Shown here: in pieces, positions 1-17,600 of the stretch | Numbering within the stretch: the stretch's first letter is position 1 | Layout of the letters: each line of letters opens with the position of its first letter | Assembly: GCA_964016885.1 (NCBI GenBank) | Contig: OZ024744.1 | Location: forward strand, 56,110,001 to 56,174,000 | DNA length: 64,000 bases | Direction: 5' to 3' | Origin: Eledone cirrhosa | Taxonomy: Eukaryota | The notes under the pieces: model-generated | What the model was told of the DNA's origin: nothing | Databases searched by the model: none | Seen by the model: the letters and a program-made list of their open reading frames with translations, nothing else | Program-made: the position numbers and the translations under genes

Positions 1-1029
1 ACCATAAACACAACTACCATCATCACCACCTCAACCACCACTACCACCACAACCATCACTACCATCATCACGACCACTACCATCATCACCACCACAACTA
101 CCAATACTATCATCACCACCACAGCCACCACTATCACCACCACCACAACCACCACTGCCACCACCACCACAAACACCACTACCGCCACAACCACCACTAC
201 CATCATCACCACCACAACCACCACTACCAGCATCACCACCACAACCACCACTACCACCACCACCACAACTACCACTACCATCATCACCACCACAACCACC
301 ACTACCACCACCACCACAACCACCACTACCATCATCACTACCACAACCACCACTACCACCACCACCACAACCACCACTATCCTCATCACCACCACAACCA
401 CCACTATCCTCATCACCACCACAACCACCACAACTACCACCACTACCACAACCACCACAACCATCACCACCAATACCAGCACCACTACCATCATCACCAC
501 CACAACCACCACTACCATCATCACCACCACAACCACCACTACCTTCATCACCACCACAACCACCACTACCACCACCACCACAACCACCACTACCATCATC
601 ACCACCACAACCATCACTACCATCATCAACACCACAACCACCACTACCATTATCACCACCACAACCACCATCTCCACCACAACCACCACTACCATCATCA
701 CCACTACAACCACCACTACCACCACAACCACCACTATCATCATCACCACCACAACCAGCACTACTACCACCACCACAACCACCACTACCATCATCACCAC
801 CACAACCACCACTACCATCATCACCACCACAACCACCACTACCATCATCACCACCACAACCACCACTACCACCACAACCATCATCACCACCACAACCATC
901 ATTACCATCACCACCACCACAACCACCACTACCATCATCACCACCACAACTACCACTACCATCATCACAACCACAACAACCACTACCATCATCACCACCA
1001 CAACCACCACTACCATCATCACCACCACA

Positions 1030-4000
1030 ACCACCACTACCAACACAACCACCACTACCATCATCACCACCACAACCACCATTACCACTACCAACACCAC
1101 CACAACTATCACTACCATCATCACCATCACAACCCCCACTACCACCACCACCACAACCACCACTACCATCATCACCACCACAACCACCACTACCATCACT
1201 ACCACAACCATCACTACCATCATCACCACCACTACCATCATCACCACCACAACCACAACTACCATCATCACCACCACTACCATTATCACCACCACAACCA
1301 CCAAAACCACCACTACAATCATCACCACCACAACCACCACAACCATCATTACCACCAACACCACAACCACAACTACCATCATCACCACCTCAACCACCAC
1401 TACCACCACGACCATCACTACCATCATCACGACCACTACCATCATCACCACCACAACTACCAATACTATCATCACCACCACAACCACCACTATCACCACC
1501 ACCACAACCACCACTGCCACCACCACCACAAATACCACTATCGCCACAACCACCACTACCATCATCACCACCACAACCACCACTACCAGCATCACTACCA
1601 CAACCACCACTACCACCACCACCACAACCACCACTACCATCATAACCACCACAACCACCACTACCATCATCACCACCACAACCACCACTACCATCATCAC
1701 CACCACAACCACCACTACCATCATCACCACCACAACCATCACTACCATCATCACCACCACAACCACCACTACCTTCATCACCACCACAACCACCACTACC
1801 ACCAACACCACAACCACCACTACCATCATCACCACCACAACCATCACTACCATCATCAACACCACAACCACCACTACGATCATCACCACCACAACCACCA
1901 CTACCATTATCACCACCACAACCACCATCACCACCACAACCACCACTACCATCATCACCACCACAACCACCACCACCACCACAACCACCACTACCATCAT
2001 CACCACCACAACCACCACTAACACCACCACCACAACCACCACTACCATCATCACCACCACAACCACCACTACCATCATCACCACCACAACCACCACTACC
2101 ACCACAATCACCACTACCATCATCACCACCACAACTACCATCATCACCACCACAACCACAACTACCATTATCACCACCACAACCACCACTACCATCATCA
2201 CCACCACAACCACCACTACCACCACCACCACAACCACCACTACCATCACCACTACCACAACCACCACTACCACCACAACCACCACTACCAGCACAACCAC
2301 CACTATCATCATCACCACCACAACCACCACAACCATCATCACCACCATAACCACCACTAACATCATCACCACCACAACCACCACCACCGCCACAACCACC
2401 ACCACCACCACAACCACCACTATCATCATCACCATCACAACCACCACTACCATCATCACCACCACAACCACCACTACCACCACCACCACAAACACCACTA
2501 TCATCATCACCACCACAACCACCACAACCATCATCACCACCATAACCACCACTACCATCATCACCACCACAACCACCACTACCACCACCACCACAACCAC
2601 CGCTATCATCATCACCACCACATCCACCACTACCATCATCACCACCAAAACCACCACTACCATCATCACCACCACAACCACCACTACCATCATCACCAAC
2701 ACAACAACCACTACCACCACCACCACAACCACCACTATCATCATCACCACCACAACCACCACTACCACCATCACCACCACAACCACCACTACCATCATCA
2801 CTACCACAACCACCACTACCATCATCACCACCACTACCATCATCACCACCACAACCACCACTACCATCATCACCACCACAACCACCACTACCACCATCAC
2901 CACCACAACCACCACTACAATCATCACTACCACTACCAACACTACCATCATCATCACCACCACAACCACCACTACCATCATCACCACCACAACCATCACT
3001 ACCCATCACCACCACCACAACCACCACTACCATCATCACCACCACGACCACAACTACCACCACAACCACCACTACCATCATCACCACCACAACCACAACT
3101 ACCATCATCACCACCACAACTAGCACTACCAACACAACCACCACTACCACCACAACCACAACTACCATCATCACCACCACAACCACCACTACAATCATCA
3201 CCACCACAACAACCACTACCATCATCACCACCACAACCACCACTACCACCACAACCACCACTACCATCTTCACCACCAAAACCATGACTACCATCATCAC
3301 CACCACAACCACCACAACCACCACAACCACCACTACCATCATCACTACAATCATCACCACCACAACCACCACTACCATCATCACCACCACAACCACCACT
3401 ACCATCATCACCCCTACCATCGTCACCACCACCACCACCACTACCATCATCACCACCACCACCACCACTACCATCATCACCACCACAACCACCACTACCA
3501 TCATCACCACCACAACCACCACTACCATCATCACCACCACAACCACCACTACCATCATCACCACCACAACCACCACTACCATCATCACCACCACAACCAC
3601 CACTACCATCATCACCACCACAAACACAACTACCACCACAACCACCACAACCATCACTACCATCATCAACAGCACAACCACCACTACGATCATCACCACC
3701 ACAACCACCACTACCATTATCACCATCACAACCACCATCACCACCACAACCACCACTACCGTCATCACCACTACAACCACCACTACCACCACAACCACCA
3801 CTATCATCATCACCACCACAACCACCACTACCACCACCACCACAACCACCACTACCATCATCACCACCACAACCACCCCTACCATCATCACCACCACAAC
3901 CACCACTACCATCATCACCACCACAACCACCACTACCATCATCACCACTACAAGCACCACTACCACCACAGCCACCACTACCATCATCACCACCACAACC

Positions 4001-7000
4001 ACCACTACCACCACAACCACAAGCACCACTACCACCACAACCATCATCACCACCACAACCATCATTACCATCATCACCACCACAACCACCACTACCACCA
4101 ACACCACCACCACAATCAACACTACCATCATCACCACCACAACCACCACTACCACCACCACCACAACCATCACTACCATCATCACCACCACAACCACCAC
4201 TACCAGCATCACTACCACAACCACCACTACCACCACCACCACAACCACCACTACCATCATAACCACCACAACCACCACTACCATCATCACCACCACAACC
4301 ACCACTACCATCATCACCACCACAACCACCACTACCATCATCACCACCACAACCATCACTACCATCATCACCACCACAACCACCACTACCTTCATCACCA
4401 CCACAACCACCACTACCACCAACACCACAACCACCACTACCATCATCACCACCACAACCATCACTACCATCATCAACACCACAACCACCACTACGATCAT
4501 CACCACCACAACCACCACTACCATTATCACCACCACAACCACCATCACCACCACAACCACCACTACCATCATCACCACCACAACCACCACCACCACCACA
4601 ACCACCACTACCATCATCACCACCACAACCACCACTAACACCACCCCACCACAACCACCACTACCATCATCACCACCACAACCACCACTACCATCATCAC
4701 CACCACAACCACCACTACCACCACAATCACCACTACCCACATCACCACCACAACTACCATCATCACCACCACAACCACAACTACCATTATCACCACCACA
4801 ACCACCACTACCATCATCACCACCACAACCACCACTACCACCACCACCACAACCACCACTACCATCACCACTACCACAACCACCACTACCACCACAACCA
4901 CCACTACCAGCACAACCACCACTATCATCATCACCACCACAACCACCACAACCATCATCACCACCATAACCACCACTAACATCATCACCACCACAACCAC
5001 CACCACCGCCACAACCACCACCACCACCACAACCACCACTATCATCATCACCATCACAACCACCACTACCATCATCACCACCACAACCACCACACCACCA
5101 CCACCACAAACACCACTATCATCATCACCACCACACCACCACAACCATCATCACCACCATAACCACCACTACCATCATCACCACCACAACCACCACTACC
5201 ACCACCACCACAACCACCGCTATCATCATCACCACCACATCCACCACTACCATCATCACCACCAAAACCACCACTACCATCATCACCACCACAACCACCA
5301 CTACCATCATCACCAACACAACAACCACTACCACCACCACCACAACCACCACTATCATCATCACCACCACAACCACCACTACCACCATCACCACCACAAC
5401 CACCACTACCATCATCACTACCACAACCACCACTACCATCATCACCACCACTACCATCATCACCACCACAACCACCACTACCATCATCACCACCACAACC
5501 ACCACTACCACCATCACCACCACAACCACCACTACAATCATCACTACCACTACCAACACTACCATCATCATCACCACCACAACCACCACTACCATCATCA
5601 CCACCACAACCATCACTACCATCACCACCACCACAACCACCACTACCATCATCACCACCACGACCACAACTACCACCACAACCACCACTACCATCATCAC
5701 CACCACAACCACAACTACCATCATCACCACCACAACTAGCACTACCACACAACCACCACTACCACCACAACCACAACTACCATCATCACCACCACAACCA
5801 CCACTACAATCATCACCACCACAACAACCACTACCATCATCACCACCACAACCACCACTACCACCACAACCACCACTACCATCTTCACCACCAAAACCAT
5901 GACTACCATCATCACCACCACAACCACCACAACCACCACAACCACCACTACCATCATCACTACAATCATCACCACCACAACCACCACTACCATCATCACC
6001 ACCACAACCACCACTACCATCATCACCCCTACCATCGTCACCACCACCACCACCACTACCATCATCACCACCACCACCACCACTACCATCATCACCACCA
6101 CAACCACCACTACCATCATCACCACCACAACCACCACTACCATCATCACCACCACAACCACCACTACCATCATCACCACCACAACCACCACTACCATCAT
6201 CACCACCACAACCACCACTACCAGCATCACCACCACAACCACCACCACCACAACCACCACTACCATCATCACCACCACAACCACCACTACCACCACCACC
6301 ACAACCACCACTATCCTCATCACCACCACAACCACCACAACTACCACTACCACCACAACCACCACTACCATCATCACCACCACAACCACCACTACCATCA
6401 ACACCATCAACACCACCACAACCACCACTACCATCATCACCACCAAAACCATCCCTACCATCATCACCACCTCAACCACCACTACCATCATCACCACCAC
6501 AACCACCACTACCATCATCACCACCACAACCACCACTACCATCATCACCACCACAACCACCACTACCATCATCACCACCACAACCACCACTACCATCATC
6601 ACCACCACAACCACCACTACCATCAACACCACCACAACCACCACTACCATCATCACCACCAAAACCATCCCTACCATCATCACCACCTCAACCACCACTA
6701 CCATCATCACCACCACAACCACCACTACCATCATCACCACCACAACCACCACTACCATCATCACCACCACAACCACCACTACCATCATCACCACCACAAC
6801 CATCCCTACCCTCATCACCACAACCATCACTACAATCATCACCACAACCACAACTACCATCATCACCACCACAACAACCACTACCATCATCACCACCACA
6901 ACCACCACTACCATCATCACCACCACAACCATCACTACCATCATCACCACCACAACCATCCCTACCCTCATCACCACAACCATCACTACAATCATCACCA

Positions 7001-10000
7001 CAACCACAACTACCATCATCACCACCACAACAACCACTACCATCATCACCACCACAACCACCACTACCATCATCACCACCACAACCATCACTACCATCAT
7101 CACCACCACAACCATCCCTACCCTCATCACCACAACCACCACGACCATCATCACCACAACCAGCACTACCATCATCACCACCACAACCACCACTACCATC
7201 ATCACCACCACAACCACCACTACCATCATCACCACCACAACCACCACTACCTTCATCACCACAACCACCACTACCATCATCACCACCACAACCACCACTA
7301 CCATCACACCCACCACAACCACCACTACCATCATCACCACAACCACCACTACCATCGTCACCACCACTACCACCACCACCACCAGCACCACCACCACTAC
7401 CATCATCACCACCACAACCATCACTACCATCATCAACACCATCATCACCACCACAAACATCACTACCACCACCACCACCACAACCATCATCACCACCACA
7501 ACCAACACTACCATCATCACCACCATAACCACCATTACCATCATCACCACCACAACCACCACTACCATCATCACCACCACAACCACCACTAACATCACCA
7601 CAACCACAACCACCACTACTACCACCACCACAACCACCACTATCCTCATCACCACCACAACCACCACTACCATCATCACCACCACGACCACCACTACCAC
7701 CACAACCACAAGCACCACTACCACCACAACCATCATCACCACCACAACCATCATTACCATCATCACCACCACAACCACCACAACCATCACCACCACCACA
7801 ACCACCACTACCAACACAACCACCACTACCATCATCACCACCACAACCACCATTACCACTACCAACACCACCACAACTATCACTACCATCATCACCATCA
7901 CAACCCCCACTACCACCACCACCACAACCACCACTACCATCATCACCACCACAACCACCACTACCATCACTACCACAACCATCACTACCATCATCACCAC
8001 CACTACCATCATCACCACCACAACCACAACTACCATCATCACCACCACTACCATTATCACCACCACAACCACCAAAACCACCACTACAATCATCACCACC
8101 ACAACCACCACAACCATCATTACCACCAACACCACAACCACAACTACCATCATCACCACCTCAACCACCACTACCACCACGACCATCACTACCATCATCA
8201 CGACCACTACCATCATCACCACCACAACTACCAATACTATCATCACCACCACAACCACCACTATCACCACCACCACAACCACCACTGCCACCACCACCAC
8301 AAATACCACTATCGCCACAACCACCACTACCATCATCACCACCACAACCACCACTACCAGCATCACTACCACAACCACCACTACCACCACCACCACAACC
8401 ACCACTACCATCATAACCACCACAACCACCACTACCATCATCACCACCACAACCACCACTACCATCATCACCACCACAACCACCACTACCATCATCACCA
8501 CCACAACCATCACTACCATCATCACCACCACAACCACCACTACCTTCATCACCACCACAACCACCACTACCACCAACACCACAACCACCACTACCATCAT
8601 CACCACCACAACCATCACTACCATCATCAACACCACAACCACCACTACGATCATCACCACCACAACCACCACTACCATTATCACCACCACAACCACCATC
8701 ACCACCACAACCACCACTACCATCATCACCACCACAACCACCACCACCACCACAACCACCACTACCATCATCACCACCACAACCACCACTAACACCACCA
8801 CCACAACCACCACTACCATCATCACCACCACAACCACCACTACCATCATCACCACCACAACCACCACTACCACCACAATCACCACTACCATCATCACCAC
8901 CACAACTACCATCATCACCACCACAACCACAACTACCATTATCACCACCACAACCACCACTACCATCATCACCACCACAACCACCACTACCACCACCACC
9001 ACAACCACCACTACCATCACCACTACCACAACCACCACTACCACCACAACCACCACTACCAGCACAACCACCACTATCATCATCACCACCACAACCACCA
9101 CAACCATCATCACCACCATAACCACCACTAACATCATCACCACCACAACCACCACCACCGCCACAACCACCACCACCACCACAACCACCACTATCATCAT
9201 CACCATCACAACCACCACTACCATCATCACCACCACAACCACCACTACCACCACCACCACAAACACCACTATCATCATCACCACCACAACCACCACAACC
9301 ATCATCACCACCATAACCACCACTACCATCATCACCACCACAACCACCACTACCACCACCACCACAACCACCGCTATCATCATCACCACCACATCCACCA
9401 CTACCATCATCACCACCAAAACCACCACTACCATCATCACCACCACAACCACCACTACCATCATCACCAACACAACAACCACTACCACCACCACCACAAC
9501 CACCACTATCATCATCACCACCACAACCACCACTACCACCATCACCACCACAACCACCACTACCATCATCACTACCACAACCACCACTACCATCATCACC
9601 ACCACTACCATCATCACCACCACAACCACCACTACCATCATCACCACCACAACCACCACTACCACCATCACCACCACAACCACCACTACAATCATCACTA
9701 CCACTACCAACACTACCATCATCATCACCACCACAACCACCACTACCATCATCACCACCACAACCATCACTACCATCACCACCACCACAACCACCACTAC
9801 CATCATCACCACCACGACCACAACTACCACCACAACCACCACTACCATCATCACCACCACAACCACAACTACCATCATCACCACCACAACTAGCACTACC
9901 AACACAACCACCACTACCACCACAACCACAACTACCATCATCACCACCACAACCACCACTACAATCATCACCACCACAACAACCACTACCATCATCACCA

Positions 10001-13000
10001 CCACAACCACCACTACCACCACAACCACCACTACCATCTTCACCACCAAAACCATGACTACCATCATCACCACCACAACCACCACAACCACCACAACCAC
10101 CACTACCATCATCACTACAATCATCACCACCACAACCACCACTACCATCATCACCACCACAACCACCACTACCATCATCACCCCTACCATCGTCACCACC
10201 ACCACCACCACTACCATCATCACCACCACCACCACCACTACCATCATCACCACCACAACCACCACTACCATCATCACCACCACAACCACCACTACCATCA
10301 TCACCACCACAACCACCACTACCATCATCACCACCACAACCACCACTACCATCATCACCACCACAACCACCACTACCATCATCACCACCACAAACACAAC
10401 TACCACCACAACCACCACAACCATCACTACCATCATCAACAGCACAACCACCACTACGATCATCACCACCACAACCACCACTACCATTATCACCATCACA
10501 ACCACCATCACCACCACAACCACCACTACCGTCATCACCACTACAACCACCACTACCACCACAACCACCACTATCATCATCACCACCACAACCACCACTA
10601 CCACCACCACCACAACCACCACTACCATCATCACCACCACAACCACCCCTACCATCATCACCACCACAACCACCACTACCATCATCACCACCACAACCAC
10701 CACTACCATCATCACCACTACAAGCACCACTACCACCACAGCCACCACTACCATCATCACCACCACAACCACCACTACCACCACAACCACAAGCACCACT
10801 ACCACCACAACCATCATCACCACCACAACCATCATTACCATCATCACCACCACAACCACCACTACCACCAACACCACCACCACAATCAACACTACCATCA
10901 TCACCACCACAACCACCACTACCACCACCACCACAACCATCACTACCATCATCACCACCACAACCACCACTACCAGCATCACTACCACAACCACCACTAC
11001 CACCACCACCACAACCACCACTACCATCATAACCACCACAACCACCACTACCATCATCACCACCACAACCACCACTACCATCATCACCACCACAACCACC
11101 ACTACCATCATCACCACCACAACCATCACTACCATCATCACCACCACAACCACCACTACCTTCATCACCACCACAACCACCACTACCACCAACACCACAA
11201 CCACCACTACCATCATCACCACCACAACCATCACTACCATCATCAACACCACAACCACCACTACGATCATCACCACCACAACCACCACTACCATTATCAC
11301 CACCACAACCACCATCACCACCACAACCACCACTACCATCATCACCACCACAACCACCACCACCACCACAACCACCACTACCATCATCACCACCACAACC
11401 ACCACTAACACCACCACCACAACCACCACTACTATCATCACCACCACAACCACCACTACCATCATCACCACCACAACCACCACTACCACCACAATCACCA
11501 CTACCATCATCACCACCACAACTACCATCATCACCACCACAACCACAACTACCATTATCACCACCACAACCACCACTACCATCATCACCACCACAACCAC
11601 CACTACCACCACCACCACAACCACCACTACCATCACCACTACCACAACCACCACTACCACCACAACCACCACTACCAGCACAACCACCACTATCATCATC
11701 ACCACCACAACCACCACAACCATCATCACCACCATAACCACCACTAACATCATCACCACCACAACCACCACCACCGCCACAACCACCACCACCACCACAA
11801 CCACCACTATCATCATCACCATCACAACCACCACTACCATCATCACCACCACAACCACCACTACCACCACCACCACAAACACCACTATCATCATCACCAC
11901 CACAACCACCACAACCATCATCACCACCATAACCACCACTACCATCATCACCACCACAACCACCACTACCACCACCACCACAACCACCGCTATCATCATC
12001 ACCACCACATCCACCACTACCATCATCACCACCAAAACCACCACTACCATCATCACCACCACAACCACCACTACCATCATCACCAACACAACAACCACTA
12101 CCACCACCACCACAACCACCACTATCATCATCACCACCACAACCACCACTACCACCATCACCACCACAACCACCACTACCATCATCACTACCACAACCAC
12201 CACTACCATCATCACCACCACTACCATCATCACCACCACAACCACCACTACCATCATCACCACCACAACCACCACTACCACCATCACCACCACAACCACC
12301 ACTACAATCATCACTACCACTACCAACACTACCATCATCATCACCACCACAACCACCACTACCATCATCACCACCACAACCATCACTACCATCACCACCA
12401 CCACAACCACCACTACCATCATCACCACCACGACCACAACTACCACCACAACCACCACTACCATCATCACCACCACAACCACAACTACCATCATCACCAC
12501 CACAACTAGCACTACCAACACAACCACCACTACCACCACAACCACAACTACCATCATCACCACCACAACCACCACTACAATCATCACCACCACAACAACC
12601 ACTACCATCATCACCACCACAACCACCACTACCACCACAACCACCACTACCATCTTCACCACCAAAACCATGACTACCATCATCACCACCACAACCACCA
12701 CAACCACCACAACCACCACTACCATCATCACTACAATCATCACCACCACAACCACCACTACCATCATCACCACCACAACCACCACTACCATCATCACCCC
12801 TACCATCGTCACCACCACCACCACCACTACCATCATCACCACCACCACCACCACTACCATCATCACCACCACAACCACCACTACCATCATCACCACCACA
12901 ACCACCACTACCATCATCACCACCACAACCACCACTACCATCATCACCACCACAACCACCACTACCATCATCACCACCACAACCACCACTACCAGCATCA

Positions 13001-14690
13001 CCACCACAACCACCACCACCACAACCACCACTACCATCATCACCACCACAACCACCACTACCACCACCACCACAACCACCACTATCCTCATCACCACCAC
13101 AACCACCACAACTACCACTACCACCACAACCACCACTACCATCATCACCACCACAACCACCACTACCATCAACACCATCAACACCACCACAACCACCACT
13201 ACCATCATCACCACCAAAACCATCCCTACCATCATCACCACCTCAACCACCACTACCATCATCACCACCACAACCACCACTACCATCATCACCACCACAA
13301 CCACCACTACCATCATCACCACCACAACCACCACTACCATCATCACCACCACAACCACCACTACCATCATCACCACCACAACCACCACTACCATCAACAC
13401 CACCACAACCACCACTACCATCATCACCACCAAAACCATCCCTACCATCATCACCACCTCAACCACCACTACCATCATCACCACCACAACCACCACTACC
13501 ATCATCACCACCACAACCACCACTACCATCATCACCACCACAACCACCACTACCATCATCACCACCACAACCATCCCTACCCTCATCACCACAACCATCA
13601 CTACAATCATCACCACAACCACAACTACCATCATCACCACCACAACAACCACTACCATCATCACCACCACAACCACCACTACCATCATCACCACCACAAC
13701 CATCACTACCATCATCACCACCACAACCATCCCTACCCTCATCACCACAACCATCACTACAATCATCACCACAACCACAACTACCATCATCACCACCACA
13801 ACAACCACTACCATCATCACCACCACAACCACCACTACCATCATCACCACCACAACCATCACTACCATCATCACCACCACAACCATCCCTACCCTCATCA
13901 CCACAACCACCACTACCATCATCACCACAACCAGCACTACCATCATCACCACCACAACCACCACTACCATCATCACCACCACAACCACCACTACCATCAT
14001 CACCACCACAACCACCACTACCTTCATCACCACAACCACCACTACCATCATCACCACCACAACCACCACTACCATCACACCCACCACAACCACCACTACC
14101 ATCATCACCACAACCACCACTACCATCGTCACCACCACTACCACCACCACCACCAGCACCACCACCACTACCATCATCACCACCACAACCATCACTACCA
14201 TCATCAACACCATCATCACCACCACAAACATCACTACCACCACCACCACCACAACCATCATCACCACCACAACCAACACTACCATCATCACCACCATAAC
14301 CACCATTACCATCATCACCACCACAACCACCACTACCATCATCACCACCACAACCACCACTAACATCACCACAACCACAACCACCACTACTACCACCACC
14401 ACAACCACCACTATCCTCATCACCACCACAACCACCACTACCATCATCACCACCACGACCACCACTACCACCACAACCACAAGCACCACTACCACCACAA
14501 CCATCATCACCACCACAACCATCATTACCATCATCACCACCACAACCACCACAACCATCACCACCACCACAACCACCACTACCAACACAACCACCACTAC
14601 CATCATCACCACCACAACCACCATTACCACTACCAACACCACCACAACTATCACTACCATCATCACCACCACAACCCCCACTACCACCAC
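1030..14690. repeat. Higher-order tandem duplication, period about 6771 bp, containing a 2616-bp sub-repeat
   Basis: Rare variants recur at fixed offsets: AATACCACTATCGCC at 1531 and 8302 (+6771); the ATG of AAAACCATGACT at 3284, 5899, 10054 and 12670 (+2615/+2616 and +6770/+6771). Confidence 0.9.
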
Positions 14691-17600
14691 CACCACCACC
14701 ACCACTACCATCATCACCACCACAACCATCACTACCATCATCAACACCATCATCACCACCACAAACATCACTACCACCACCACCACCACAACCATCATCA
14801 CCACCACAACCAACACTACCATCATCACCACCATAACCACCATTACCATCATCACCACCACAACCACCACTACCATCATCACCACCACAACCACCACTAA
14901 CATCACCACAACCACAACCACCACTACTACCACCACCACAACCACCACTATCCTCATCACCACCACAACCACCACTACCATCATCACCACCACGACCACC
15001 ACTACCACCACAACCACAAGCACCACTACCACCACAACCATCATCACCACCACAACCATCATTACCATCATCACCACCACAACCACCACAACCATCACCA
15101 CCACCACAACCACCACTACCAACACAACCACCACTACCATCATCACCACCACAACCACCATTACCACTACCAACACCACCACAACTATCACTACCATCAT
15201 CACCACCACAACCCCCACTACCACCACCACCACAACCACCACTACCATCATCACCACCACAACCACTACTACCATCATCACAACCACAACAACCACTACC
15301 ATCATCACCACCACAACCACCACTACCATCATCAACACCACAACCACCACTACCAACACAACCACCACTACCATTATCACCACCACAACCACCACTACCA
15401 CCACCACCACCACCACAATCAACACTACCATCATCACCACCACCACCACCACTACCATCACCACCACAACCATCACTACCATCATCACCACCACAACCCC
15501 CACTACCACCACCACCACAACCACCACTACCATCATCACCACCACAACCACCACTACCATCACCACCACAACCATCACTACCATCATCACCACCACAACC
15601 ATCATGACCACCACAACCACAACTACCATCATCACCACCACTACCATTATCACCACCACAACCACCACTACCACCACAACCACCACTACAATCGTCACCA
15701 CCACAACCACCACTACCACCACAACCATCACTACCACCACAAACATCACTACCATCATCACCACCTCAACCACCACTACCACCACAAACATCACTACCAT
15801 CATCACGACCACTACCATCATCACCACCACAACTACCAATACTATCATCACCACCACAGCCACCACTATCACCACCACCACAACCACCACTGCCACCGCC
15901 ACCAAAAACACCACTACCGCCACAACCACCACTACCATCATCACCACCACAACCACCACTACCAGCATCACCACCACAACCACCACTACCATCATCACCA
16001 CCACAAACATCACTACCAACATCACCACCACTACCATCATCACCACCACAACCACAACTACCATCATCACCACCACAACCACCACTACCACCACAACCAC
16101 CACTACAATCGTCACCACCACAACCACCACTACCACCACAACCATCACTACCACCAACACCATAAACACAACTACCATCATCACCACCTCAACCACCACT
16201 ACCACCACAACCATCACTACCATCATCACGACCACTACCATCATCACCACCACAACTACCAATACTATCATCACCACCACAGCCACCACTATCACCACCA
16301 CCACAACCACCACTGCCACCACCACCACAAACACCACTACCGCCACAACCACCACTACCATCATCACCACCACAACCACCACTACCAGCATCACCACCAC
16401 AACCACCACTACCACCACCACCACAACTACCACTACCATCATCACCACCACAACCACCACTACCACCACCACCACAACCACCACTACCATCATCACTACC
16501 ACAACCACCACTACCACCACCACCACAACCACCACTATCCTCATCACCACCACAACCACCACTATCCTCATCACCACCACAACCACCACAACTACCACCA
16601 CTACCACAACCACCACAACCATCACCACCAATACCAGCACCACTACCATCATCACCACCACAACCACCACTACCATCATCACCACCACAACCACCACTAC
16701 CTTCATCACCACCACAACCACCACTACCACCACCACCACAACCACCACTACCATCATCACCACCACAACCATCACTACCATCATCAACACCACAACCACC
16801 ACTACGATCATCACCACCACAACCACCACTACCATTATCACCACCACAACCACCATCACCACCACAACCACCACTACCATCATCACCACTACAACCACCA
16901 CTACCACCACAACCACCACTATCATCATCACCACCACAACCAGCACTACTACCACCACCACAACCACCACTACCATCATCACCACCACAACCACCACTAC
17001 CATCATCACCACCACAACCACCACTACCATCATCACCACCACAACCACCACTACCACCACAACCATCATCACCACCACAACGATCATTACCATCACCACC
17101 ACCACAACCACCACTACCATCATCACCACCACAACTACCACTACCATCATCACAACCACAACAACCACTACCATCATCACCACCACAACCACCACTACCA
17201 TCATCACCACCACAACCACCACTACCAACACAACCACCACTACCATCATCACCACCACAACCACCATTACCACTACCAACACCACCACAACTATCACTAC
17301 CATCATCACCATCACAACCCCCACTACCACCACCACCACAACCACCACTACCATCATCACCACCACAACCACCACTACCATCACTACCACAACCATCACT
17401 ACCATCATCACCACCACTACCATCATCACCACCACAACCACAACTACCATCATCACCACCACTACCATTATCACCACCACAACCACCAAAACCACCACTA
17501 CAATCATCACCACCACAACCACCACAACCATCATTACCACCAACACCACAACCACAACTACCATCATCACCACCTCAACCACCACTACCACCACGACCAT

